DNA of 32,659 nt from a virus (taxonomy: Duplodnaviria; Caudoviricetes): the IMG/VR virus record IMGVR_UViG_3300042894_002164, positions 1 to 32,659 of that record; one strand, 5' to 3'. How positions within the stretch are numbered: the first letter of the stretch is position 1; every line of letters starts with the position of its first letter. The notes under the pieces are model-generated. The model saw nothing but the letters and a program-made list of their open reading frames with translations, made no database searches and was not told the DNA's origin. Positions 17,750-26,349 of the stretch are shown here, one piece after another. Made by a program: the position numbers and the translations under genes.

Positions 17750-18432
17750 AAATATATGCAATGCTAGTACATCCGGCAAAAACAAGTCTAAATCATGCAC
17801 TGTTTGATCGTGCAGTAAACTGTTTCATAGCAAACGGACACGAAGTTAAAACTTTAGACTTATACAGATCGAAGTTTGATCCTAGAGGCTTAGAAAATAA
17901 CTTTAAACGTGACTTTTGGCTCCCTGGAATTACCAGCAAAATCCGTAGTTTTACCGACAAATGGCTGCTGGCTAATCAGGCAGATTTATTACCTAAATTT
18001 GCACGTCAAGAAATAGAAAAATTAAAAGAAGCAGATTTGCTTTATATACAATGCCCATTATGGTGGTGGACATATCCGTCGTTACTTAAAGCATATATCG
18101 AAAATGTATTTGCTTATGATGCATTATTTACATTAAACAATGTAGAAACCAAAGGCGGTAAACAAGAACACGATAAGTTTTTAACAGGTCGTCGAGTAAT
18201 GATGTCAATGACTACTGGTGGAAGTCAAGAATTTATGGAAAGTTATTTTGGTAAAGAAGAAAATTTAACCTGTCATATGAAAGTTCAATTTAGTCTAGTA
18301 GGCTATGAGTTTATGAACCCGTATTTTACTTGGTCGGTTGGCGCTCATACTGTGTTAAATGCAAAAAAAGAAAAAGATTCAAACTATCTAATAGATAATT
18401 TAGAAAAACATTTACTAGAACAGGTAGTTTAA
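17746..18432 (+). CDS. NAD(P)H-dependent quinone oxidoreductase (flavodoxin-like fold, MdaB/KefF family)
   Basis: HP...SLNHAL, DLY...FDP, ADL....PLWWWTYPSLLKAYIENVF, TTGG. Confidence 0.88.
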   Translation: MKIYAMLVHPAKTSLNHALFDRAVNCFIANGHEVKTLDLYRSKFDPRGLENNFKRDFWLPGITSKIRSFTDKWLLANQADLLPKFARQEIEKLKEADLLYIQCPLWWWTYPSLLKAYIENVFAYDALFTLNNVETKGGKQEHDKFLTGRRVMMSMTTGGSQEFMESYFGKEENLTCHMKVQFSLVGYEFMNPYFTWSVGAHTVLNAKKEKDSNYLIDNLEKHLLEQVV

Positions 18433-18465
18433 TAAGTATATATTATATTAATTATAGGATAAAAC

Positions 18466-19752
18466 ATGGATTATAAAGTAGCAGACATTGGCCTGGCTGC
18501 GTGGGGACATAAAGAAATAGCAATTGCAGAAACAGAAATGCCAGGACTAATGGCGGTGCGTGAAGAATATAAACTTCAGCAACCACTTAAAGGTGCACGT
18601 ATTGCAGGCAGTCTACATATGACTATCCAAACTGCGGTATTAGTAAAAACACTTATTGCATTGGGCGCAGAGGTACGTTGGTCAAGCTGTAATATTTTTA
18701 GTACACAAGACCATGCCGCAGCCGCACTAGCAGAACAAGGTATTCCAGTATTTGCCTGGAAAGGTGAAACTGAAGAAGAATATTGGTGGTGTATCGAAAA
18801 GACACTTAGCGGTCCAGATAACTGGCGCCCTAACATGCTATTAGACGACGGGCATGATCTAACTTATTGGGTACATCACAATCGTCCAGATTTGTTAAAT
18901 GACATACGTGGAGTAACCGAAGAAACAACCACAGGCATTCACAAAATCAATGAAGCAATAGCCAACGGGCAATTCCACTTACGTGCTATCAACGTTAACG
19001 ACAGTGTGACTAAAACTAAGTTTGATAATCTATACGGTTGTCGTGAAAGTTTAGTTGATGCTATTAAACGTGCTACAGATGTTATGATTGCTGGTAAGGT
19101 TGCTGTGGTGGCAGGCTATGGTGATGTAGGTAAAGGTAGTGCCGCTAGTCTACGTGCCCTAAGTGCTCAAGTTTGGGTAACTGAAGTAGACCCAATCTGC
19201 GCACTACAGGCCGCAATGGAAGGCTACAAGGTTGTTACTATGGATTATGCCGCAGACAAGGCAGACATCTTTGTAACAGCCACAGGTAACATCAACGTTA
19301 TCACTCACGATCACATGGCAGCTATGAAGAACAATGCTATTGTATGTAACATTGGACACTTTGACAGTGAGATTGACATTGCTAGTATTACTGGCTACGA
19401 GTGGGATGAGATTAAACCACAGGTAGATCATGTGACGATGCCTAGCGGTCGCAAGATTATTGTGCTAGCTAAAGGACGACTAGTAAACTTAGGTTGTGGT
19501 ACAGGACATCCTAGCTTTGTTATGTCAAACAGCTTTACTAATCAAGTGTTAGCACAAATTGAAATGTTCCAGAACTGGGAAGACTACAATACTGGTAGTA
19601 TTCATTTGTTGCCTAAACACCTAGATGAAAAAGTAGCTAAACTACACCTAGCACAAATTGGTGCGCAACTAACAGATTTGTCAGCTGATCAAGCTAGATA
19701 CATCGGTGTTAGTGTTGAAGGCCCATATAAGCCAGATACATATCGATACTAA
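18466..19752 (+). CDS. ahcY: Adenosylhomocysteinase (SAH hydrolase)
   Basis: [83 protein letters not shown]. Confidence 0.97.
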   Translation: MDYKVADIGLAAWGHKEIAIAETEMPGLMAVREEYKLQQPLKGARIAGSLHMTIQTAVLVKTLIALGAEVRWSSCNIFSTQDHAAAALAEQGIPVFAWKGETEEEYWWCIEKTLSGPDNWRPNMLLDDGHDLTYWVHHNRPDLLNDIRGVTEETTTGIHKINEAIANGQFHLRAINVNDSVTKTKFDNLYGCRESLVDAIKRATDVMIAGKVAVVAGYGDVGKGSAASLRALSAQVWVTEVDPICALQAAMEGYKVVTMDYAADKADIFVTATGNINVITHDHMAAMKNNAIVCNIGHFDSEIDIASITGYEWDEIKPQVDHVTMPSGRKIIVLAKGRLVNLGCGTGHPSFVMSNSFTNQVLAQIEMFQNWEDYNTGSIHLLPKHLDEKVAKLHLAQIGAQLTDLSADQARYIGVSVEGPYKPDTYRY

Positions 19753-19754
19753 GC

Positions 19755-19780
19755 AATGTGTGGCAGAAATGCCACACATT
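19755..19780. repeat. Perfect 11-bp inverted repeat (hairpin/terminator or operator)
   Basis: AATGTGTGGCA-GAAA-TGCCACACATT, 2 nt after the ahcY stop; only a weak U-tract follows. Confidence 0.7.
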
Positions 19781-19823
19781 CTTGTCTATTTAACCAAAAT
19801 TGTTGTCAAATGGCAACAAAAAC

Positions 19824-19852
19824 TTGACTTCTATTACTAAATAAAATACACT
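19824..19852 (+). promoter_or_regulatory. Sigma70-type promoter for the porin gene
   Basis: TTGACT(19824)-17 bp-TACACT(19847), with CTAAATA in the spacer and the palindrome TGTTGTCAAATGGCAACA (19801-19818) just upstream. Confidence 0.7.
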
Positions 19853-19904
19853 GAGTAGTATAACACTACAAAAGTGTTAATCCAATTTAAGGAGAAGTAA
19901 AGTA

Positions 19905-21116
19905 ATGAAGAAATTATTATTAGCAACATTATTAGCTGGTATGTACTCTACAGCAAACGCAGGTATTCAAGTTCCGGCAGGTGATTGGACTTTAGACATT
20001 GGTGGCGTTGTAAACGCTTACTACACCAACACACGCGGCACAGGCAGTGCAGTAGTTGGCGGTCTTGGTGGTCCTAATGCCAATGCTCAACGTAACGAAT
20101 CAAACATTACAACAGGCTTGTTACCAAATGTATTATCAATTTCTGGTAAATCACGTCAAAATGATTTAGACATTGGTTTTACAATCGCTATTAACCCAGG
20201 TGCTTCAACAACACAGGGTGGCGATCAAGGTGCTAATCAAGAAAATCGTCAGGCATTCTTAACCATCGGTGACAAATCATGGGGCAGTGTTAAACTAGGT
20301 AAAGACCTAGGTATTTTCGCTAGTGATGCTATCTTAAATGATATGACATTATTAGGTGTTGGTGCAGGCGCTGGCGCTTTAGCTGGTAACACAACAACAC
20401 TAGGCCGTATTGGTACAGGCTACATGTATGCAGACTGGAAATCACAAATTGCCTACACATCACCAAACTTCAACGGCTTCAGCTTCACAGCCGGTGTAAC
20501 ACAAGCATGGAATGCTCAAACAGCTGACCTAAATGCTGTGACCGCTGGTGTACAGGCTGCGTCAGCTACTTCAACAGGACGCGGTGGTGCTCAACCAGCA
20601 TTTGAAGGTAAAGTATCTTACTCATTAGAAGGTCCTATTGCTGCTAAAGTATGGTCAAGTGCTATTTCACAAAAAGTTGAAGGTGTAACTGGTGCCAGTG
20701 CAGACGACCGCGCTTATGCTTGGGACGTTGGTACTAACTTATCTGCTGGTCCATATGGCTTAACTGCTTACTACTATGATGGTAAAGGTATTGGTCGTAC
20801 AATTCAATTACTAGACGGCTTTGATGCTACAGGTAAACGTCGTGATTCAAATGGCGGCTACGTGCAAGGTACATACACATTGCCTACTGCTACCAAACTT
20901 GGTCTAAGTTATGGTCAAAGTAAATTAGATCGTAACAGTGGCGAAACAGCTACAGCTTTAGTTTCGAAAAACGAAATGTGGACTGTTGGTGCTTATCACC
21001 CACTCACAAAACACGTGAACTTAGTTGCTGAATACTCAGACGTTAAATCAGAAGCACAAAACGGTGCAGAAGGTAAATCACGTTCAGTATCAGCAGGTGC
21101 TATCTTATTCTTCTAA
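19905..21116 (+). CDS. Outer-membrane general porin (betaproteobacterial type)
   Basis: Signal peptide ending ANA, RQAFLTIG..SWGSVKLGKD, IAYTSPNFNGFSF, amphipathic beta strands and C-terminal Phe; SD AAGGAG. Confidence 0.88.
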   Translation: MKKLLLATLLAGMYSTANAGIQVPAGDWTLDIGGVVNAYYTNTRGTGSAVVGGLGGPNANAQRNESNITTGLLPNVLSISGKSRQNDLDIGFTIAINPGASTTQGGDQGANQENRQAFLTIGDKSWGSVKLGKDLGIFASDAILNDMTLLGVGAGAGALAGNTTTLGRIGTGYMYADWKSQIAYTSPNFNGFSFTAGVTQAWNAQTADLNAVTAGVQAASATSTGRGGAQPAFEGKVSYSLEGPIAAKVWSSAISQKVEGVTGASADDRAYAWDVGTNLSAGPYGLTAYYYDGKGIGRTIQLLDGFDATGKRRDSNGGYVQGTYTLPTATKLGLSYGQSKLDRNSGETATALVSKNEMWTVGAYHPLTKHVNLVAEYSDVKSEAQNGAEGKSRSVSAGAILFF

Positions 21117-21137
21117 GATTTACTTCTTAGTCTAATA

Positions 21138-21170
21138 ATTAAAAAGCCCCTTAACTGGGGCTTTTTTAAT
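21138..21170 (+). terminator. Intrinsic (possibly bidirectional) terminator
   Basis: AAAAAGCCCC-TTAACT-GGGGCTTTTTT. Confidence 0.88.
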
Positions 21171-21197
21171 CTATATGTAATCTGTATTGTAATCTTT
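21165..21197 (+). promoter_or_regulatory. Pho-box-like direct repeats
   Basis: TTTAATCT(21165), TGTAATCT(21176) and TGTAATCT(21188); nearly identical to the array upstream of pstS. Confidence 0.55.
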
Positions 21198-21238
21198 TAT
21201 TTTAATAATTGGTGTAAATAGTACACAAGGAGGACATC

Positions 21239-21400
21239 ATGATGAAACAGGGTAAATTACTCACTAAGTTGTATCGTGCTTGTCTCGACCATGATACAGA
21301 AACCATTGTTAAACTCAAGAAAAAAGAGTTTACGAAGATATTGAAACACAAGGCCGAAGGTAAGCCATTCAATGGTAAGTGGTCAGTGGTTAGGATCTAA
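21239..21400 (+). CDS. Small basic hypothetical protein (53 aa, not in the ORF track)
   Basis: MMKQGKLLTKLYRACLDHDTETIVKLKKKEFTKILKHKAEGKPFNGKWSVVRI; strong SD AAGGAGG; flanked by terminators. Confidence 0.75.
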   Translation: MMKQGKLLTKLYRACLDHDTETIVKLKKKEFTKILKHKAEGKPFNGKWSVVRI

Positions 21401-21412
21401 CTACTTCAAAAC

Positions 21413-21441
21413 AATAAACCCGCTGAGGCGGGTTTTATTTT
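21413..21441 (+). terminator. Intrinsic terminator
   Basis: AAACCCGC-TGAG-GCGGGTTT followed by TATTTT. Confidence 0.85.
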
Positions 21442-21448
21442 GGCTATG

Positions 21449-21489
21449 TGTATTAAAAATTTAATCTATTTGTAACATTACTGTAATCT
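21449..21489 (+). promoter_or_regulatory. Pho box array (PhoB-type) upstream of pstS
   Basis: Hexamers at an exact 11-bp period: TGTATT(21449), TTTAAT(21460), TGTAAC(21471), TGTAAT(21482). They resemble the CTGTCAT-N4 Pho box unit. Confidence 0.7.
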
Positions 21490-21525
21490 TTGTGTGTTTA
21501 AATAATATATATAAGGGGAATATCA

Positions 21526-22527
21526 ATGACCATACAACAGATTAAAACAATAATGTATTATCTAGTAATAGCATTTGCACTATCAATGGCAGGATTAAAA
21601 CAAGCTCAGGCAGCAGACAAAATGGTCAAAATAGACGGCAGTTCGACAGTCTATCCAATATCAGAAGCAGTGGCAGAAGAATTTCAAAAGAAAACAGGTG
21701 TTAAAGTAACAGTAGGTGAAAGCGGCACCGGTGGTGGCTTTAAAAAATTCTGCCGTGGTGAAACTGACATCAGTGATGCTAGTCGTCCTATTTCACAAAA
21801 AGAAATGGATGCTTGTAAAGAAGCAGGAGTGCAGTACATTGAATTACCTGTTGCCTACGATGCCTTAACAGTAGTAGTAAACAGCAAAAATGTATGGGTT
21901 AAATCATTTACAGTTGAAGAATTGAAAAAAATCTGGGCTCCGGGTAGTTCAGTTAAAAATTGGAATCAAGTAAATCCATCTTATCCAAATCAACCACTAC
22001 AATTATTTGGCCCAGGTACAGCATCAGGTACATTTGATTACTTCACCGAAGCTGTTAACGGCAAAGCAAAATCTAGTCGTACAGACTATACACCATCAGA
22101 AGATGATAACGTATTAGTTCAAGGTGTTTCTGGTAACGTAGGCGGCATGGCTTACTTCGGTTATGCTTATTACGAAGAAAACAAAGATAAATTACGTGCT
22201 ATTCCTATTATTGCTAAAGGCTCAACAACACCAGTACTACCAAGTCCAGAAGCAGTTATGAATGGTACCTACCAACCATTAAGCCGCCCATTGTTTATCT
22301 ATGTAAATGCAACAGCGGCTGCGTTTAGACCAGAAGTAAAAGCATTTGTAAATTTCTATTTAGAAAACGCACCTAAGTTAGTAAAAGAAGTAAAATATGT
22401 TCCGCTACCAAGTGATGATTATGTGGCGGTAACAGAGCATTTCAAAGCACTAAAACCAGGTACAGGGTTTAACGGTACTCCAGAAGTAGGTATTAAAATT
22501 AAAGACTTAATTAAACGAATCAAATAA
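21526..22527 (+). CDS. pstS: Phosphate ABC transporter substrate-binding protein PstS
   Basis: Signal peptide; [63 protein letters not shown]. Confidence 0.95.
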   Translation: MTIQQIKTIMYYLVIAFALSMAGLKQAQAADKMVKIDGSSTVYPISEAVAEEFQKKTGVKVTVGESGTGGGFKKFCRGETDISDASRPISQKEMDACKEAGVQYIELPVAYDALTVVVNSKNVWVKSFTVEELKKIWAPGSSVKNWNQVNPSYPNQPLQLFGPGTASGTFDYFTEAVNGKAKSSRTDYTPSEDDNVLVQGVSGNVGGMAYFGYAYYEENKDKLRAIPIIAKGSTTPVLPSPEAVMNGTYQPLSRPLFIYVNATAAAFRPEVKAFVNFYLENAPKLVKEVKYVPLPSDDYVAVTEHFKALKPGTGFNGTPEVGIKIKDLIKRIK

Positions 22528-22536
22528 GGAAACATT

Positions 22537-23946
22537 ATGACATTAAAAAATATTATCACAGGTTTATTCATAGCATCAGCATTAATTGCTACACCAGTAT
22601 ATGCGGACAGCACCAACGACATCGTCAATGCACTAGTTATGAAAGGTGTTTTAACTGAAGAAGAAGGCGCACTACTAACTAAAGGCCATAGTGGCGAAAC
22701 AGGCGCAGCCAAAAAAGAAAAAGACACTACTGTACATGCGGCCAGCAAAATGAATATACGTGGCTATATTCAGGTACGCAATACTACTATGCTTGGTGGT
22801 GATGAAGGAGTTAACCTTTGGTCAGATCGATCTGTAGGTGATAAAAACTCTCTTGCTGATCAAGACAAAAATTTCCTAATTCGTCGTGCTCGTGTTATTA
22901 TATCAGGTGACGCTGGTGATAGACTTAGTTACTATATTCAACCTGACTTTGCTAGTACGGCCAGCACCACAGGTAACGTTGCGCAATTACGCGATGCTTA
23001 TGGTGATGTGTATCTAACCAAAGACAAAGTACATCGTGTGCGTGTAGGTCAAAGTAAAGTACCATACGGCTTTGAAAACTTACAGTCTTCACAAAATCGT
23101 CTAGCACTTGATCGTGCCGACGCATTTAACAGCGCAGTACGCGATGAACGTGATTTGGGTGCTTTCTATTACTACACACCAGATAACATCCAAAAGTTAT
23201 TTAAAGAGATTCAAGATGCGGGTTTAAAACATTCAGGCAACTACGGTATGTTTGGTGCTGGTATATACAACGGTCAAGGTGCTAACCAACAAGATCGTAA
23301 CGATAACTATCACGTAGTGGCACGTGCTACATATCCATGGAAAACAGAAAGCGGTCAAATCTACGAAGCTGGCGTACAAGGTTACACAGGCAAGTATGTA
23401 AGAACAGGTAGTGCTTATAGAAAAAATATGGGCAACAACGTTTATGCAACTAAAACACCAGCATTAGAGGCAGGCAACGCAACCGGTTTTAAAGATGAGC
23501 GTGTGGGTGTAAGTTTTATGATGTACCCAATGCCATTTGGTCTACAAGGTGAGTGGAACTGGGGCAAAACTCCTGGGTTAGATACTGCTGCTAGTACTGA
23601 TGGTATTATCAAAGAAACTAACTTGAACGGTGGCTACATTCAAACTATGTATAAAATTGATCACTTCAAGGTTGGCGATACTGATGGTACACTAATTCCA
23701 TTTGTTAGATGGCAATACTTTGATGGTGCGTCAAAAGCAGAAACTAACTCACCGATGAACAAGGTAAATGATTGGGAGATGGGTGCCGAATGGCAAATTG
23801 CTCCAGAAGTCGAACTTGTGGCTTACTATCATCATATGAACCGTAGCAACTTAGTAACAGGGGCATCGGCTACTACAATAGTAAAACAAGACTATGCTAA
23901 CTTTAAAGCAGATGCTTTACGGGTCCAACTACAGTATAACTTCTAA
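22537..23946 (+). CDS. Phosphate-selective porin (OprO/OprP family)
   Basis: Signal peptide; FLIRRAR, QLRDAY, GQSKVPYGFENLQSSQNRLALDRAD, ERDLG; C-terminal QLQYNF; directly after pstS. Confidence 0.85.
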   Translation: MTLKNIITGLFIASALIATPVYADSTNDIVNALVMKGVLTEEEGALLTKGHSGETGAAKKEKDTTVHAASKMNIRGYIQVRNTTMLGGDEGVNLWSDRSVGDKNSLADQDKNFLIRRARVIISGDAGDRLSYYIQPDFASTASTTGNVAQLRDAYGDVYLTKDKVHRVRVGQSKVPYGFENLQSSQNRLALDRADAFNSAVRDERDLGAFYYYTPDNIQKLFKEIQDAGLKHSGNYGMFGAGIYNGQGANQQDRNDNYHVVARATYPWKTESGQIYEAGVQGYTGKYVRTGSAYRKNMGNNVYATKTPALEAGNATGFKDERVGVSFMMYPMPFGLQGEWNWGKTPGLDTAASTDGIIKETNLNGGYIQTMYKIDHFKVGDTDGTLIPFVRWQYFDGASKAETNSPMNKVNDWEMGAEWQIAPEVELVAYYHHMNRSNLVTGASATTIVKQDYANFKADALRVQLQYNF

Positions 23947-23957
23947 TAGGAAAACCT

Positions 23958-24047
23958 ATGTTTGAGATTTTTATAGAAGCAATAACAGATATTAGTAGTG
24001 TGTTACTGGTATTGGCGGCCATTGGTGTATGGTCACTATTCCCTTAA
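23958..24047 (+). CDS. Putative 29-aa hydrophobic microprotein (not in the ORF track)
   Basis: MFEIFIEAITDISSVLLVLAAIGVWSLFP; SD AGGA; fills the gap and overlaps the start of the next gene. Confidence 0.5.
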   Translation: MFEIFIEAITDISSVLLVLAAIGVWSLFP

Positions 24048-24793
24048 TTAGATACAAAACTATCTGTATATCGGACTTTCATCTTGGGACTAAAGATGCT
24101 AAGGCTGAATTGCTGAATAATTTTCTCAAACATCATACCTGTGATAATCTATTCCTAATAGGAGATATTATCGACGGGTGGAAAATACAACAGAACAAGT
24201 GGGCATGGAAACAATCGCACACTAATGTTATTCGACGAATACTAGGCTACAGTAAACGAGGATGTAATGTAACCTATGTGACTGGTAACCATGACGAATT
24301 CCTCCGTCCTCTGGTACAACATCATTTTAGTCTAGGCCGTATACGTATTGTGAATCAAGCAGAATATCGCAGTGTAGATGGCGAACTGTTCTTAGTTACG
24401 CATGGCGACATGTTTGATGGAATTACTAGACTAGCACCATGGATTGGTTTCTTGGGCGACAAAGCCTATGATGTAGCTTTATGGTTTAACAACTATTTTA
24501 ACTTTGCTAGACAACGATTAGGCTTTGGTTATTGGAGTCTTAGTAAGTATCTCAAACATAAAGTTAAGAAAGCAATAGACTTTGTATTCAAGTTTGAAAC
24601 TAATCTAACTGACTATGCGGCTAAACGTGGATTCGATGGTGTTATCTGCGGGCACATACACACTCCGGAAATCAAACACATGCCCAATGGCATGATCTAT
24701 ATGAATGATGGTGACTGGGTTGAAAGCTGTAGTGCGCTTGTTGAACACGATGACGGTCGTTGGGCTATAGTCTATTGGAATCATATAATCTAA
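24029..24793 (+). CDS. plcP: Calcineurin-like metallophosphoesterase, PlcP-type phospholipase C (often annotated UDP-2,3-diacylglucosamine hydrolase)
   Basis: SDFHLG, GDIIDGW, GNHDEFLR, HGDMFD, LGD.AYD, YWSLS, DGVICGHIH, NDGDWVESC.A.VEH.DG. It has GNHD rather than the GNRD of LpxH. Confidence 0.75.
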   Translation: MVTIPLIRYKTICISDFHLGTKDAKAELLNNFLKHHTCDNLFLIGDIIDGWKIQQNKWAWKQSHTNVIRRILGYSKRGCNVTYVTGNHDEFLRPLVQHHFSLGRIRIVNQAEYRSVDGELFLVTHGDMFDGITRLAPWIGFLGDKAYDVALWFNNYFNFARQRLGFGYWSLSKYLKHKVKKAIDFVFKFETNLTDYAAKRGFDGVICGHIHTPEIKHMPNGMIYMNDGDWVESCSALVEHDDGRWAIVYWNHII

Positions 24794-24966
24794 TGAGTTG
24801 GATACTATTGATACTAGTAGTAAACACAACTGACCCAAAAGATATACCGGGCAAGGTTACGCTTGAATTTGCCAATGAAACACAGTGCGAAGAGGCTAAA
24901 CAATCATTGACCTATTGGTTAAAATTTGATACATTTAAAATTCAAGCACAATGTTTAAAAAAATAA
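24793..24966 (+). CDS. Small exported/membrane hypothetical protein (57 aa)
   Basis: Starts at a TAATG overlap; hydrophobic N-terminus MSWILLILVV; F.....CEEA...C pattern. Confidence 0.65.
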   Translation: MSWILLILVVNTTDPKDIPGKVTLEFANETQCEEAKQSLTYWLKFDTFKIQAQCLKK

Positions 24967-24981
24967 CAGGTATATCTATCC

Positions 24982-25008
24982 AAAAAGGCATCTTTTGGTG
25001 CCTTTTTT
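24982..25008 (+). terminator. Intrinsic terminator closing the phosphate operon
   Basis: AAAAAGGCATC-TTTT-GGTGCCTTTTTT. Confidence 0.85.
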
Positions 25009-25009
25009 C

Positions 25010-25038
25010 TTGACTATTGAGTCTGTTTATGTTACTAT
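25010..25038 (+). promoter_or_regulatory. Sigma70-type promoter with extended -10
   Basis: TTGACT(25010)-17 bp-TACTAT(25033), preceded by TGn. Confidence 0.7.
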
Positions 25039-25084
25039 TGTAGAGTTAACACTCGTACTAAAACTTATATAAGGAAACACAAAC

Positions 25085-25240
25085 ATGTTTGATTCAATTG
25101 AAATTCGTAAAGTAACAAATGGTTTTATTGTAATTCTTAACACAGAAGATGACGCTAACGAATATGTGTTCGACACTAGCCGTAAAGCAATTAAATTCAT
25201 CAAAGAATACGTTGAAGCTAAAGTAACACAACCAGCATAA
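25085..25240 (+). CDS. Small hypothetical protein (51 aa, not in the ORF track)
   Basis: MFDSIEIRKVTNGFIVILNTEDDANEYVFDTSRKAIKFIKEYVEAKVTTPA; SD AAGGA; has its own promoter. Confidence 0.75.
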   Translation: MFDSIEIRKVTNGFIVILNTEDDANEYVFDTSRKAIKFIKEYVEAKVTQPA

Positions 25241-25262
25241 TTTTTGCCTCGAAACAGGCTAA

Positions 25263-25270
25263 AATAAATA
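25263..25270 (+). promoter_or_regulatory. T4-late-like promoter AATAAATA
   Basis: Lies upstream of the sugar-pathway operon. Confidence 0.5.
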
Positions 25271-25308
25271 CATTATAGCAGTAAATTCAACGAAAAGTGG
25301 AGAAATCA

Positions 25309-26340
25309 ATGTCAAAAACCGTTCTTGTAACTGGTGGTGCGGGCTTTATTGCACATCATGTTATTGAAAACCTATTAAGAAATACCGATTGGAATATTGT
25401 AAGTTTAGATCGTCTAGACTTTAGTGGTAACCTAAACCGCTTGAGTGATATGATGGCAAACTTTGATCAGGAAACACGTAAGCGTGTCAAAATAGTATTC
25501 CATGACCTACGTGCTGAATTAAATCCAATGGTGGCTCGTGACATTGGTGATGTAAACTATGTGTTGCATTTAGCCGCAGGATCACACGTTGATCGCTCAA
25601 TTGAGTTCCCAATGGAGTTTGTTTGGGACAACGTAGTTGGCACAGGACACATCTTAGAGTTTGCTCGCAAACTACCTAACCTAGAACGCTTCATTTACTT
25701 CTCAACAGACGAAGTATTTGGTCCTGCACCACTTGGTGTTAACTACGGTGAACGTGATCGTTACAACTCAAGTAATCCATATTCGGCAACCAAAGCTGGT
25801 GGTGAAGAACTAGCAGTAGCATTTGAAAACACCTACAAGATGCCTATCTATATTACACATACAATGAACGTGTTTGGTCAACGCCAACACCCAGAAAAGT
25901 TTATTCCAATGTGTATTCGTAAGGTAAACGATGGCGATGCTATTACTATTCATAGTGACAGCACACGTACAATCCCTGGTAGTCGTTTCTATATTCATGC
26001 GGCAGACGTAGCTGATGCTATGTTCTTCTTGCTAGGCCTAGACTCAAGTAAACTAGAAGCAGACTACGGTGAAGCCAAATGTCCTAAGTTTAATCTAGTA
26101 GGCAAACAAGAAATTAACAATCTACAACTAGCTCAGATCATTGCTGATGCGCAAGGAAAAGAATTGAAGTACGAAATGGTTGACTTCCATAGCTCACGCC
26201 CAGGACATGACCTACGTTATGCACTAAGCGGTGACTACATGCGCAGTTTAGGTTGGGAACCTAAGGTTAGTTTAACAGAACGCATTGGTGAAGTAGTACA
26301 ATGGACATTAGAAAACGAACGCTGGTTGCGTTGCGAATAG
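25309..26340 (+). CDS. rfbB: dTDP-glucose 4,6-dehydratase
   Basis: VTGGAGFI, HLAAGSHVDRSI, STDEVFG, PYSATK, QHPEKFIP, RPGHDLRY. Start at ATG 25309 after GGAG. Confidence 0.9.
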   Translation: MSKTVLVTGGAGFIAHHVIENLLRNTDWNIVSLDRLDFSGNLNRLSDMMANFDQETRKRVKIVFHDLRAELNPMVARDIGDVNYVLHLAAGSHVDRSIEFPMEFVWDNVVGTGHILEFARKLPNLERFIYFSTDEVFGPAPLGVNYGERDRYNSSNPYSATKAGGEELAVAFENTYKMPIYITHTMNVFGQRQHPEKFIPMCIRKVNDGDAITIHSDSTRTIPGSRFYIHAADVADAMFFLLGLDSSKLEADYGEAKCPKFNLVGKQEINNLQLAQIIADAQGKELKYEMVDFHSSRPGHDLRYALSGDYMRSLGWEPKVSLTERIGEVVQWTLENERWLRCE

Positions 26341-26349
26341 GGATAAACG

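Noticed and set aside
18433-18465. SAH or SAM riboswitch upstream of ahcY
   Set aside because: The gap is only 33 nt, almost all A/T, with no riboswitch consensus.
24029-24793. LpxH (lipid A biosynthesis) assignment
   Set aside because: It has GNHD and GDWVES rather than the LpxH GNRD, and the Pho-operon context favours a PlcP-type enzyme. LpxH is not formally excluded without a phylogeny.
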